A stretch of DNA of 35,233 nt. Source: a virus (Duplodnaviria; Heunggongvirae; Uroviricota; Caudoviricetes). The notes under the pieces are model-generated. The model searched no databases and was not told the DNA's origin. It saw nothing but the letters and a program-made list of their open reading frames with translations. The translations under genes were made by a program, and so were the position numbers. How positions within the stretch are numbered: position 1 is the stretch's first letter; every line of letters begins with the position of its first letter. Shown here in pieces: positions 1 through 9,718 of this stretch. Where the stretch lies: positions 1-35,233 of the IMG/VR virus record IMGVR_UViG_2529292998_000007; one strand, written 5' to 3'.

Positions 1-1362
1 ATGTTTAAACCGGAACTCCTTTCCCCGGCGGGAACGCTGAAAAATATGCGTTACGCTTTCGCTTATGGCGCAGATGCTGTTTATGCGGGCCAGCCGCGTT
101 ATTCCCTGCGTGTGCGCAACAACGAATTCAACCACGAAAATCTTCAGCTCGGCATCAATGAAGCCCACGCGCTGGGGAAAAAGTTTTATGTCGTGGTCAA
201 CATTGCACCGCACAACGCCAAGCTGAAAACCTTTATCCGTGACCTGAAACCGGTGGTGGAAATGGGGCCGGATGCGCTGATTATGTCCGATCCAGGGCTG
301 ATTATGCTGGTGCGTGAGCACTTCCCTGAAATGCCGATCCACCTTTCGGTGCAGGCTAACGCCGTGAACTGGGCGACGGTGAAATTCTGGCAGCAAATGG
401 GCCTGACCCGCGTGATCCTCTCTCGCGAGCTGTCGCTGGAAGAGATTGAAGAGATCCGCAATCAGGTGCCGGATATGGAGATCGAGATCTTCGTTCACGG
501 CGCGCTGTGCATGGCCTACTCCGGTCGCTGCCTGCTCTCTGGCTATATCAACAAGCGCGACCCGAACCAGGGCACCTGCACCAACGCCTGCCGCTGGGAG
601 TACAACGTCCAGGAAGGGAAAGAAGATGATGTTGGCAACATCGTACACAAGTACGAGCCGATTCCGGTGCAAAATGTTGAGCCGACGCTGGGTATCGGCG
701 CACCAACCGACAAAGTGTTTATGATCGAAGAGGCCCAGCGTCCGGGCGAGTATATGACCGCGTTTGAAGATGAGCACGGCACTTACATCATGAACTCGAA
801 AGATCTGCGCGCCATCGCCCATGTAGAACGCCTGACCAAAATGGGCGTGCATTCGCTGAAAATCGAAGGTCGTACCAAATCTTTCTACTATTGTGCACGC
901 ACCGCACAGGTTTACCGCAAAGCTATCGATGACGCCGCTGCGGGAAAACCGTTCGATACCAGCCTGCTGGAAACTCTGGAAGGTCTGGCGCATCGTGGCT
1001 ATACCGAAGGTTTCCTGCGTCGTCATACTCACGACGATTATCAGAACTACGAATACGGTTATTCAGTTTCTGACCGCCAGCAGTTTGTTGGTGAGTTTAC
1101 CGGTGAGCGCAAGGGGGACCTCGCGGCGGTAGCGGTGAAAAATAAATTCTCCGTTGGCGACAGCCTTGAGCTGATGACGCCGCAAGGCAACATTAATTTT
1201 ACCCTTGAGCACATGGAAAACGCCAAAGGCGAAGCTATGCCGATAGCACCAGGCGATGGTTATACTGTGTGGCTCCCGGTCCCGCAGGATCTTGAGCTCA
1301 ATTACGCGCTGCTGATGCGTAATTTCTCCGGGGAAACCACGCGTAATCCCCACGGTAAGTGA
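1..1362 (+). CDS. yegQ: U32-family peptidase-like protein YegQ (tRNA hydroxylation protein TrhP); 5' end may lie upstream of the window
   Basis: 453-aa ORF whose length and sequence match E. coli YegQ as I recall it; host-like GC; the synteny yegQ-cyaR-ogr matches the E. coli K-12 locus. Confidence 0.88.
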   Translation: MFKPELLSPAGTLKNMRYAFAYGADAVYAGQPRYSLRVRNNEFNHENLQLGINEAHALGKKFYVVVNIAPHNAKLKTFIRDLKPVVEMGPDALIMSDPGLIMLVREHFPEMPIHLSVQANAVNWATVKFWQQMGLTRVILSRELSLEEIEEIRNQVPDMEIEIFVHGALCMAYSGRCLLSGYINKRDPNQGTCTNACRWEYNVQEGKEDDVGNIVHKYEPIPVQNVEPTLGIGAPTDKVFMIEEAQRPGEYMTAFEDEHGTYIMNSKDLRAIAHVERLTKMGVHSLKIEGRTKSFYYCARTAQVYRKAIDDAAAGKPFDTSLLETLEGLAHRGYTEGFLRRHTHDDYQNYEYGYSVSDRQQFVGEFTGERKGDLAAVAVKNKFSVGDSLELMTPQGNINFTLEHMENAKGEAMPIAPGDGYTVWLPVPQDLELNYALLMRNFSGETTRNPHGK

Positions 1363-1446
1363 TTAATTTCGATTATTTTTCCCGGATGGAAAATTCTTAG
1401 AAACCGATCACATACAGCTGCATTTATTAAGGTTATCATCCGTTTC

Positions 1447-1533
1447 GCTGAAAAACATAACCCATAAAATGCTAGCTGTACCAGGAACCACCTCCTTAGC
1501 CTGTGTAATCTCCCTTACACGGGCTTATTTTTT
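1447..1533 (+). ncRNA. cyaR: CyaR (RyeE) Hfq-dependent small RNA
   Basis: Sequence GCTGAAAAACATAACCCATAAAATGCTAGCTGTACCAGGAACCACCTCCTTAGCCTGTGTAATCTCCCTTACACGGGCTTATTTTTT matches the E. coli CyaR sRNA from memory, including the terminal hairpin and U-tract; located directly downstream of yegQ as in K-12. Confidence 0.85.
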
Positions 1534-1534
1534 A
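1507..1534. repeat. attL core: 28-bp direct repeat AATCTCCCTTACACGGGCTTATTTTTTA overlapping the 3' end of cyaR
   Basis: The identical 28-mer recurs at 34731-34758 downstream of the integrase gene; the two copies bracket a complete P2-like gene set. Confidence 0.85.
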
Positions 1535-1602
1535 CGCGTAATACGATGAAATAAAAGGATTTATTTCTGGTCACGTCCACACATTGACCACATCGACAAA
1601 AA

Positions 1603-1622
1603 AGCCCCTCGACTGAGGGGCT
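1603..1622 (-). terminator. Rho-independent terminator downstream of ogr (hairpin AGCCCCTC-GACT-GAGGGGCT, A-run on + strand giving a U-run on the - strand)
   Basis: Perfect 8-bp GC-rich stem with 4-nt loop; on the minus strand it is followed by TTTTTTGTCG just after the ogr stop. Confidence 0.6.
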
Positions 1623-1634
1623 TTCTGTTTGTAA

Positions 1635-1853
1635 TTACATCCACATAATTTGCTGCCCTGACGGCAACGGGTGCGGCCTTACGGCGTGGACTTCTCCCGG
1701 CTTCACGATGTATCGCTGTACCGACTCATAAGTGATGAACGTGGCGCTGCAATTCACGTTCTGGCACTGGTGATAACGCTCTTTTGTCGTGTCAGTGATA
1801 TAGCGACTTGTACGCGCATGTGCGGCATGCTGGCATAAAGGACAATGAAACAT
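1635..1853 (-). CDS. ogr: Ogr/Delta-family zinc-finger late transcription activator
   Basis: MFHCPLCQHAAHARTSRYITDTT...CQNVNCSATF is the P2 Ogr C-x2-C...C-x4-C zinc finger; 72 codons from the internal Met. The six-frame ORF extends further 5' to 1916 but P2 Ogr starts at MFHCPLC. Confidence 0.88.
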   Translation of the reverse strand: MFHCPLCQHAAHARTSRYITDTTKERYHQCQNVNCSATFITYESVQRYIVKPGEVHAVRPHPLPSGQQIMWM

Positions 1854-1934
1854 CGCGAGCACCTCTTCCGGTTTTGTTGATGGTGCCATTTTAGTTAATT
1901 TATCCTTATAAAACAAACAGATAAATAATAAACA

Positions 1935-3098
1935 TCACTCATCATCTTCTGTTTCGTACTCCACATCAGAAAGCCTGACCTCAAGCTCTAAGGACGTCGT
2001 GAAGCCGCTATTATTCAGAAAATGTGTCACCTTAGTGATTGTCCAGTCCTGCTCGTCTATGACGCGCTTAAAGCCTGACACTTTAACCGGTGTTTCCGTG
2101 TAAATATCTGCCCGACCGGTAGCCAGGCTGATGGAGAACTCCGCGACGCCCCGTTGCAGTTTGTCCCACTTTGCCTGAGCGGCGCGCATGGCCTGCGCTT
2201 TTGTGGCATATACCGTAGTCAGGGCAAAAACGTTGTCAGCTTCACCGGCCATGTATTCACCTTCGCGCGCTTCCGGTACTTTTGGCGCTTTCTTCTGCGT
2301 GACCGGTTTCGCTTTCGGGTGCTCCAGTGCGCGCAGGTGTTTTTCTTTCTTTTTGCGTTTCAGTTTTACCTTCTGCTTTTGCGGCTTCGGGTCTTTGGTG
2401 TGTAACCACTTTGCCGTTACGCCGGTGTAAGCTCCACGGTCAGCAATCGCAAAATGATGACGGTCGCCGTCGCTGCGGGTGATGGTAATCTGCGGGATTT
2501 TTTTACCGCTGGCCGTCACCCCCTGCCCTGCTTTGAGAAACAGCAGTTTTCCCATTTTTACCGACACCTCGCCGCCGTTGCGTTCAGCAAGACGGGTCAG
2601 GAATTTCACATCAGACTCCTGCGACTGGTCGATGTGCGGGATTTTAATTCCGGCCAGTGACGGAGCGACACTGGCTTCCAGCCTGTTACGGGAGGCTATC
2701 GCCTCAACAATCGCACCGAGCGTGGTGTCATGCCAGGAGCCTTCCCGGCGGGAATTGAGCGTCCCACGAAAATCTGCACTCCGGGCACGGATGGTGACCA
2801 CATCCGGTGCGCCCCGGTGTTCAACCTCATCAACGGTAAATTTCCCTTTGCATACCAGGGCAAAACCTTTCCAGCCGATATACACCGTCAGGACAGCGCC
2901 ACGACCCGGCAGCCCGACCTGCCCGTCGGCATCGTTCAGTTCAATATCAAGCTGGTCAGCCTCAAAGCCCCGGTTATCCGTCAGGGTCATGCTCATCAGA
3001 CGGTCGCTGATATTGCCGGTAATATCCCTGCTGTCGAGCATCAGCATGTAATCCGGCGTCAGCGTACTGCCTGCATCAAATGTCAGCGCATCCAGCAT
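1935..3098 (-). CDS. D: Tail protein D (late control/tail assembly)
   Basis: 387 aa, same length as P2 gpD; positioned between ogr and U as in P2. Confidence 0.85.
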   Translation of the reverse strand: MLDALTFDAGSTLTPDYMLMLDSRDITGNISDRLMSMTLTDNRGFEADQLDIELNDADGQVGLPGRGAVLTVYIGWKGFALVCKGKFTVDEVEHRGAPDVVTIRARSADFRGTLNSRREGSWHDTTLGAIVEAIASRNRLEASVAPSLAGIKIPHIDQSQESDVKFLTRLAERNGGEVSVKMGKLLFLKAGQGVTASGKKIPQITITRSDGDRHHFAIADRGAYTGVTAKWLHTKDPKPQKQKVKLKRKKKEKHLRALEHPKAKPVTQKKAPKVPEAREGEYMAGEADNVFALTTVYATKAQAMRAAQAKWDKLQRGVAEFSISLATGRADIYTETPVKVSGFKRVIDEQDWTITKVTHFLNNSGFTTSLELEVRLSDVEYETEDDE

Positions 3099-3577
3099 TA
3101 TCCCGCCCCCGTCATACCCGTGAATCTGGTCGCCATACTGCCAGCCTTACCGATGAGCGATTCCGCCTGTTTACCGATATCGCCATAAAGCGCGGCCAGT
3201 GATTCATCAACGCGGGTGAGCGACAGCGTAAAATCAATTTTCCGGGGTGTGCCGTCTGCAAAGAAAATACTCCCTGTTTCACTCACCCTGCTGATGACAT
3301 ACATGCCGTAAATCATGCCGGTGCCATCCAGCAACGGCCACGCCCGACCTTCCTCTGCCATCAGCCTGAGCGTGGTCATCGTCAGCTTTCCGCCTGTCAG
3401 TTCGGGATAAAGCACACCGGCAAGCGTAATGTTTTCCTCACCCACACCGAGAAACTGAAAGGCATCCCGTTTACCGATACGGGAATTTGACGGCCAGCGA
3501 TAATCTGATTCACGCTGCATGGCCTGGTGTGGCAGCGTCTGGCGCATAAAAACAAACATACCTAACGCGAGCATCAT
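3098..3577 (-). CDS. U: Tail protein U
   Basis: 159 aa; its start overlaps the D stop; position and size match P2 gpU. Confidence 0.85.
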   Translation of the reverse strand: MMLALGMFVFMRQTLPHQAMQRESDYRWPSNSRIGKRDAFQFLGVGEENITLAGVLYPELTGGKLTMTTLRLMAEEGRAWPLLDGTGMIYGMYVISRVSETGSIFFADGTPRKIDFTLSLTRVDESLAALYGDIGKQAESLIGKAGSMATRFTGMTGAG

Positions 3578-3591
3578 TTTTCGTCACCTCC

Positions 3592-6039
3592 TTAACCGTC
3601 ATGCATCATGCTGGCACGGGCGCGCGCACGTTTATCCCGCTCGTATTTTTCGAGCGCATCCTGTAACTGGCGGTCAAGCTGTGTTCCCGGCGCAGTACCG
3701 CCCGTCAGGTTGATGTGATATTCGTTTTTACTCTGGTCCACATAAGAGCGACCAGCCGGTGCCGTGACCGGCTGATAAGCCTGATAGCCTGCATAAGAGC
3801 TGGTCGCCGGAATATAACCACCGGTGCCATACGTGGCGGCATGAGTCCTTGCGGCGGTCTGGTCAAGTGTGTCTGACTCTTTGTTGATAACACCGAGTTT
3901 TTCCAGTACCCAGTCAATACCGCTGCGCAGTTTGTTGAACGCATTAAGCGGCAGCATCAGCGCGTCAGCCAGTGCCTGCCCGAACATGACGCCCGTGTCA
4001 CGGCAACGGTTCAGGGTGTCCTGGGTGGCTTTGACCGGGGCAATCAGGTTTTTAAACCACTGCCACGCGGCCTGTAACTTTTCGCCCAGCCAGTCAAACA
4101 CCGGTTTCAGTGGCGTGAACAGCTCCCCCACCGGCGCAAATGCCGCTTTCAGCCCTTCAACCACACCGCCAAAGAATGCGCTGACAGGCTCCCAGTATTT
4201 ACGGATAAGCAACGCCCCGGCGACAATGGCGGCCACCACAGCCACAACCGGCCAGCTAATCGCCCCGATGGCCGTCATAACGGCACTACCAACCGTCGTG
4301 AAGATTGCCCCCATTGCGCCTGCTGCCGCGATGATGGCATTGATGCCGGTGATAACCGGCCAGGCTACAAGACCAATTGCACCGATGATGCCAGTAAGCG
4401 CCAGCGCACCACCGGCAATGAGGCCAATGGTTGACGCCAGTGATTTGTTTTTCTGTATCCAGCCGTCGAGTTTTAACACATACTTTGTGGCCGTCTGCGT
4501 GAGCTTACGTAGCGCGCCTTCCTGCTGGTCAAACAGGTCAGTCCCCACCGCCTCATAAGCGGACTGAAACTCCTTAAAGTCACCGCCGAGGTTGTCCTGC
4601 ATGATATTTACCAGCTCTGCGGTCTTTCCGTCTGAGGCTTTAAACGCAGCGGTCAGTTTGTCCAGCTTTCCGGTTGAGGCGGCAGTCATCAGCACGGCGG
4701 CGGCTGAACTGGCCTCCTCCCCGAAAATGGTTTTCATGTATTCAGCCTGCTGGGCAGTACCGAGCCGGTTTTTCTCAAAACTGGCCTGCATTTCTTTCAG
4801 AATGGTAAATACTGGTCGGGTGTTTCCCTTACCGTCTGAGGTTTTCACACCAAGCTCTTTGAGTGCATCCCATGCTTTTCCCGTCGGTGCCTGCAGGCGG
4901 CTTAACACGGCACGGCTTCCCGTCCCCGCCATTGAACCGGTAATTTTTGCATCATGCAGCGCTCCGACCATTGCGGCGGTTTCTTCAATGCTGACACCGG
5001 CATTTTTTGCCACAGGTGCGGCATAGGTCAGCGCATCGCTCATGCCGTCAAAATCGGCGGCGGTTTTGTTCATCGTCATGGAGAGAACATCCCCGATATG
5101 AGCGACCTTATCGTTTGAAAGCTGAAAGGCGGATTTCATCCCCATCAGCAGGGCGGCGTTTTCTTCCATCGTGCGGCGGTTCGCCAGTGCCATATTCAGC
5201 GTGACCGGCGTTGCCGCCTGAATGGCATCAACATCCCCACCGGCTTTCGCAATGATAATCTGTGCACCGGCTGCATCATCCGCCGAGGCGGCAGTATTGT
5301 CACCGAGCTGGCGCGCCTGCTTGCGGAGCGCGGTCATTTCGGCGGAGTCTTTTGCCACACCGAGCACGGCCTGCAATTCTGAGTTTTTCTGCGCAAACTC
5401 ATAACCGGGCATCAGCAGCTTAACACCGGCCATCGTTCCCGCCGCCGCAATCCCCACACCGGCAGCGCCCACCGAGGCCATATTTCCTGCCAGTTCCTTT
5501 CCGGCCTGATAACGCTGTTTGACTGCGTTAAGTTTGGCCTGTTGCGCACTGACACGCGCCAGCGCGTCACGCTGACGGTTAAGTTGTGCGGTGGTTTCAC
5601 TGATACAGTTTTTCAGTCCCTGCTCATCATGTGCAAGATTGCGGGTATTAATTCCCACAGCGGCCAGTTCCCGCTGCTGGCGTTTAACGGAATCTGTCAG
5701 GCGGTTATATTTCGCCTGTAAGTCCTCCGCCGCACGCTTTGCGGATTCCAGCACTTTCGCCTGAGCACGGGTCGGACGTTCGGTGTTTTTAAACTGTGTG
5801 GCAAGGGCTTCGGCCTCCTGCCGTGCCTTTTCAAGTGCATGACCAGTTACGGCAAGCTGTGCGCTGGTCTTACGGAATCCCTCAATACGGGATGCCTGAC
5901 CGTTCAGCTCGCGCAGTGATTTTTGTGTTTCCCGGATATCCCCCGACAGCGACTTGCTCGCTGTGCGGATGGATTTAAACGGGCGGGATGCCTGGTCAAC
6001 AGCCCTGAGCAATACCTGTAATTTTACATTGTTACTCAT
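3592..6039 (-). CDS. T: Tail tape measure protein T
   Basis: 815 aa; N-terminal coiled-coil, Ala/Gly-rich hydrophobic central segments typical of tape measure proteins; same length as P2 gpT. Confidence 0.9.
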   Translation of the reverse strand: MSNNVKLQVLLRAVDQASRPFKSIRTASKSLSGDIRETQKSLRELNGQASRIEGFRKTSAQLAVTGHALEKARQEAEALATQFKNTERPTRAQAKVLESAKRAAEDLQAKYNRLTDSVKRQQRELAAVGINTRNLAHDEQGLKNCISETTAQLNRQRDALARVSAQQAKLNAVKQRYQAGKELAGNMASVGAAGVGIAAAGTMAGVKLLMPGYEFAQKNSELQAVLGVAKDSAEMTALRKQARQLGDNTAASADDAAGAQIIIAKAGGDVDAIQAATPVTLNMALANRRTMEENAALLMGMKSAFQLSNDKVAHIGDVLSMTMNKTAADFDGMSDALTYAAPVAKNAGVSIEETAAMVGALHDAKITGSMAGTGSRAVLSRLQAPTGKAWDALKELGVKTSDGKGNTRPVFTILKEMQASFEKNRLGTAQQAEYMKTIFGEEASSAAAVLMTAASTGKLDKLTAAFKASDGKTAELVNIMQDNLGGDFKEFQSAYEAVGTDLFDQQEGALRKLTQTATKYVLKLDGWIQKNKSLASTIGLIAGGALALTGIIGAIGLVAWPVITGINAIIAAAGAMGAIFTTVGSAVMTAIGAISWPVVAVVAAIVAGALLIRKYWEPVSAFFGGVVEGLKAAFAPVGELFTPLKPVFDWLGEKLQAAWQWFKNLIAPVKATQDTLNRCRDTGVMFGQALADALMLPLNAFNKLRSGIDWVLEKLGVINKESDTLDQTAARTHAATYGTGGYIPATSSYAGYQAYQPVTAPAGRSYVDQSKNEYHINLTGGTAPGTQLDRQLQDALEKYERDKRARARASMMHDG

Positions 6040-6459
6040 TCGTGTTTCCGCTTCGCCGGAGCGCCTTTTCGCGCCATGTGATGAGTTCGGTCAGGCTCAT
6101 GGGATACAGTTCTGATGGCGGCCAGTGAAATATCACTGCCACATCCGCCATCAGGTCATCGACCGACAGATTTTTCGGGAACGTTACTGCACCGAGTTCG
6201 GCGACAAAAAACCGACCACCTTACCGGCCAGCGCCACAAGGTCAGGCAGTTCCAGCGCGGCGACTTCCTGCTCGGTCAGCATCGGTGCCGTCATGCGCGG
6301 CAGCACCTTAATCAGTGCATCGACTTCTGAGTTTGCGACCGCAGCCAGACTGACACCGCGCAGCGTCCCCGCACTGGGTTTCATCAGCGTGACCTGTTCG
6401 ATAACCTGCTCACCACGCTTGACCGGACTGTCCAAGGTAATCACATTATCTTTGTTCAT
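6032..6459 (-). CDS. E': Tail assembly chaperone E+E' produced by -1 programmed ribosomal frameshift at TTTTTTG
   Basis: Slippery heptamer TTTTTTG (minus strand, + coordinates 6205-6211) near the 3' end of E; my manual translation of the -1 frame gives VAELGAVTFPKNLSVDDLMADVAVIFHWPPSELYPMSLTELITWREKALRRSGNTNE ending at 6032, overlapping the T start. Confidence 0.65.
6184..6459 (-). CDS. E: Tail assembly chaperone E
   Basis: 91 aa (MNKDNVITLDSPVKRGEQVIEQVTLMKPSAGTLRGVSLAAV...), located between FII and T; matches P2 gpE. Confidence 0.85.
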   Translation of the reverse strand: MNKDNVITLDSPVKRGEQVIEQVTLMKPSAGTLRGVSLAAVANSEVDALIKVLPRMTAPMLTEQEVAALELPDLVALAGKVVGFLSPNSVQ

Positions 6460-6515
6460 GGTTTTCTCACTTCTGAATCGGGGTTAACCGGTCAGCCAGG
6501 CTGACCGGATGAAAA

Positions 6516-7034
6516 TTACAGGCCGATATTGCGGCGGTGTTGCTCCAGCCGGTCGACGCCGTTCACCTTCTCAATCATGTTGATGGTGTCGATTTCGACC
6601 AGCTCCTTACCGTCCATCGTCAGCCGGAAATAGGTGCAGACCACGGAGATTTTCGACTCGGTGTCTTCTCCCTGTTTACCCTCGCCGGTGTCGATTTCTT
6701 TCTGACGTCCACGCATGACCACCTCGACGGCCACCGTTTCGCCGGTATCGTCGCGCTGGTAAGAGCCTGCAAAACGAATCGGCACGGCATCCACACCGGT
6801 TGCTGCGTAAAGCTCCCAGATAACCGAATCCGGGAAACCACCGAGCGACCACTCCATTGACAGCGCATCGTCATCAAGGCCGAGGTCTACCGGTGCGCTT
6901 CCGTTCATCCCCGCACCGCGATAGTTTTCGAGTTTACGGGTCAGTTTTGGCAGCGTGACGGACTTTGCAACGCCCTGATAGCTGTAGCCGTTCAGAAAGA
7001 CGTTCATTAACTTGAGTTTGCGCGGCATTGCCAT
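6516..7034 (-). CDS. FII: Major tail tube protein FII
   Basis: 172 aa; position and size match P2 gpFII. Confidence 0.88.
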   Translation of the reverse strand: MAMPRKLKLMNVFLNGYSYQGVAKSVTLPKLTRKLENYRGAGMNGSAPVDLGLDDDALSMEWSLGGFPDSVIWELYAATGVDAVPIRFAGSYQRDDTGETVAVEVVMRGRQKEIDTGEGKQGEDTESKISVVCTYFRLTMDGKELVEIDTINMIEKVNGVDRLEQHRRNIGL

Positions 7035-7046
7035 CGGTCAGGCTCC

Positions 7047-8237
7047 TTAATTGCTGTTAACCGAGGTGACCAGATTTGCCAGGTATTTATCGGTAATACG
7101 CTGGCGCAGGGTCAGGTTTTCGAGAGGAGGCACCGGTGTATAGTCGTAGTCGATATACAGTTTTCCGGCCTTGAGGGTTTCCGCATCGTTGGATTCTTCG
7201 CTGAACCAGCAGGTCGCATCCACGATATAGCCGTTTGTTTTCAGCTCACGGAATTTGGCATTGATGCCGTCAACGATGTCGCGAATCAGCGTTGCGGTGA
7301 TGGGCTTGTCCACCGCCCACATGTGCGCCTCAGCCATCGTGTCGGCCAGCACCTGCGCGGTGCGGGTGTAGTTTTCAAAGAGGAACAGCGGGTCATCAGA
7401 GCAGGTACGGTTACCCCAGAAGCGGAAACCGTCACGGCGAATCAGCGTTGTGACGCCTGACTCGTTAAGCAGGTCAGCATCGGTGCCGGACTCCTGCAAA
7501 TCCCAGAATACGGACGCGCTGATGCCGGTAACACCGTTCACCCCGACGTTGGACAGCGTTTTATGCCAGCCCTGCTCCTGGTCGATTTTAGCGCGCAGAC
7601 CCAGCGCACGGGCGGTGGCATACGCGGTGGCGGTGGTACTGGCGACCGTATCCCATGCGAGGAAATCCGGCCAGATGACCATCAGCTCACGCTGGCTGAA
7701 ATTCTGGCGGTAGGCTTTCACCTCGGAAATGGTCTTACAGCCCCATGCGCTGATATACCCGAAAGCGCGCAGCTTCTGACAGACTGATGCCAGTGCGACG
7801 GCAACCTCTTTGGTGTCCAGTCCCGGCACACCGAGAATACGCGGTTTAACACCGGTTACCGACTCCGCCGCCAGCAGGGCTTTCAGTCCGGTGTACTGAC
7901 CGTTTTCGTCGGTGGTGCCGATGATATTGGAAACGGTCTGCGCAAGTTTCGTTTCTTCGTCATCGCCGTTGCCGTCTTCCACGCGCACGACAACGGTGAC
8001 CGGTTTTGACTGGTCAGCGATGGCCTGCAACGACGCCGCCAGCGTGCCTTTTTTACCGGCCTTTGCAATTGCGCTCTGCACGTTGGTAATCAGCACCGGT
8101 TTATTGAGGGGGAAGGTTTCCGCATCCGCATCGCTGGCCGTGCAGACCATGCCGACAATGGCCGTGGATACGGTGGAAATGACGCGGGTGCCGTCGTTAA
8201 TCTCCAGCACCTGCACGCCGTGATGATAGTCACTCAT
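7047..8237 (-). CDS. FI: Contractile tail sheath protein FI
   Basis: 396 aa; position and size match P2 gpFI. Confidence 0.9.
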   Translation of the reverse strand: MSDYHHGVQVLEINDGTRVISTVSTAIVGMVCTASDADAETFPLNKPVLITNVQSAIAKAGKKGTLAASLQAIADQSKPVTVVVRVEDGNGDDEETKLAQTVSNIIGTTDENGQYTGLKALLAAESVTGVKPRILGVPGLDTKEVAVALASVCQKLRAFGYISAWGCKTISEVKAYRQNFSQRELMVIWPDFLAWDTVASTTATAYATARALGLRAKIDQEQGWHKTLSNVGVNGVTGISASVFWDLQESGTDADLLNESGVTTLIRRDGFRFWGNRTCSDDPLFLFENYTRTAQVLADTMAEAHMWAVDKPITATLIRDIVDGINAKFRELKTNGYIVDATCWFSEESNDAETLKAGKLYIDYDYTPVPPLENLTLRQRITDKYLANLVTSVNSN

Positions 8238-8632
8238 CCGTTTAACTCCGTGGTTAATGGGTGCAACTATTTTCTGTTGTGCAGAGCATGAGACGCTATT
8301 TGACCTGGCTGGTCAGTGGATGAAACAACAGATAAAGAAAAGGCGGGCAACTCGCCCGCCCGTCCTGATTTGTACTCACTCATTTTTCAACTGACAATTT
8401 ACCTAGCCCAAAAGCTATCAAATCAGACAGTCTGCTTTGAGCGAACAGCGGAAGTTCGGAATATATACTGACATAGACGTGTTTTCTTGCGGTGGCCAGT
8501 TTTTGTTGACCACTTCATTGTACCTAATCTTGGAGGTTGATCAGTTAACCCTCATTTTTGCGGGTTAACTGAAGTTAGGCTTACTGTGTATAGATAAAAC
8601 AAGCGTTTTTCCAAGTTACCTTAGAAAAAGCC

Positions 8633-9565
8633 TTAAGTTAGAAGCCGTTCCTCGTAATCGTCGGTTGTGGGCATTTTTCCGATCTCTGTCATGCGACACA
8701 CTAATCGGGATAAAAGCACTCGAACCTCAATTATATGCTCAACTAAAAAGTTATCTGACGTAGCTCCCCCATGCACTGCCTTCGAACGGTAGTCATACAG
8801 CTTCTTAACCCTACGATAGGTGGCTAAACGATCAGGTCCTCGCTCCTCAAGATATGCTGCGGCCATAAGAGCAAGACGAAAACGAAGCTCTGAATTGATT
8901 CCAAAGAGCGCTTCAAATCCTGCCCATAAAGCAGCAGCAGCCATTCTCAAATTCGCGTGTTGGTTGTGAGTTGTTAAAGAATCAATAGCGAGCCGGAATG
9001 CTGGTTGCTCTAGCAGATCTATCCAACGCTTGAGATTCTCTTGAACCCAGTCGAGAGACTCTACTGATATCTCTACACTTGGGCTTATTCTCCGAACTGC
9101 CGGCACGTCCTCAAGAAGTTGGACTTCACACGAGTTGGCTTGAAGAGCAGGGAATACATCCCAAGATGCACTTGCTACTGCAGGAACAAGTATATCGGTG
9201 AGTGTGCGGCATCGGATCGCGGATATGATCCACCATCCGATAGTCAGGTCTGATTGAGAAAATTTCGACTCACTGCTTTGCAACGCAAGCTCATGCGTAA
9301 CTGCGGGCATATGACGAGCAACAGCGCTGAGTAGCGACTTGCTCTTAAGCGCTGTGGCTAACTCTATCTCTCCTGGTGGATGAAGTACCTCCCTTAATTC
9401 ACCTACGTCTTGGAAAACATAAGGCCCGTTTCGAAACGTCAATCCTGACAAAGCGAAACAGATCTCATTCTGACTGGATAAACTAGATATTCGAGTTGCA
9501 GCGTATTTCTTGCGAGACTCGAAGTAGTTAAGTAAACCTGACAATTTTTCTTTGTTGATTTCCAT
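8633..9565 (-). CDS. Hypothetical 310-aa cargo protein at the P2 Z/fun position; no family assigned (contains one R-x4-H motif, RSKAVH, which is weak HEPN-like evidence only)
   Basis: Single long ORF flanked by non-coding DNA (8238-8632 and 9566-9718) between FI and G; composition differs from the neighbouring tail genes; no similarity to a P2 structural protein that I can recognise. Confidence 0.5.
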   Translation of the reverse strand: MEINKEKLSGLLNYFESRKKYAATRISSLSSQNEICFALSGLTFRNGPYVFQDVGELREVLHPPGEIELATALKSKSLLSAVARHMPAVTHELALQSSESKFSQSDLTIGWWIISAIRCRTLTDILVPAVASASWDVFPALQANSCEVQLLEDVPAVRRISPSVEISVESLDWVQENLKRWIDLLEQPAFRLAIDSLTTHNQHANLRMAAAALWAGFEALFGINSELRFRLALMAAAYLEERGPDRLATYRRVKKLYDYRSKAVHGGATSDNFLVEHIIEVRVLLSRLVCRMTEIGKMPTTDDYEERLLT

Positions 9566-9718
9566 ATTCCCAAGCTTAGAATTTTCGCTATTGTGTACCG
9601 TATATTACACAATAGCTTAGTTAGGGCGTAGGCGTCCGCTTTTGGTACAGAGCAGACTGTCAGATTAAGTTTTACTCTGTGCCATAGATACGTTAGCTCA
9701 CTCCAGATATCATACAAC

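Noticed and set aside
1362-1446. Possible tRNA gene as the integration target
   Set aside because: No cloverleaf-compatible sequence is present; the repeated att core instead coincides with the 3' terminator of the CyaR sRNA.
1635-1916. The 93-aa extended reading frame for ogr starting MFYKDKLTKM
   Set aside because: The conserved Ogr zinc-finger protein starts at the internal MFHCPLC Met, giving the expected 72 residues; the upstream extension is most likely untranslated leader.
3869-5204. Several plus-strand ORFs (229, 144 and 65 aa) inside the tape measure gene region
   Set aside because: They lie antisense to the clearly conserved 815-aa T gene and have Ala/Ser/Pro-rich low-complexity translations typical of spurious antisense ORFs in GC-rich DNA.
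8771-8788. Calling the 310-aa cargo protein a confirmed HEPN RNase on the basis of RSKAVH
   Set aside because: A single R-x4-H occurrence is expected by chance at appreciable frequency in a 310-aa protein; kept only as a hypothesis in the findings.
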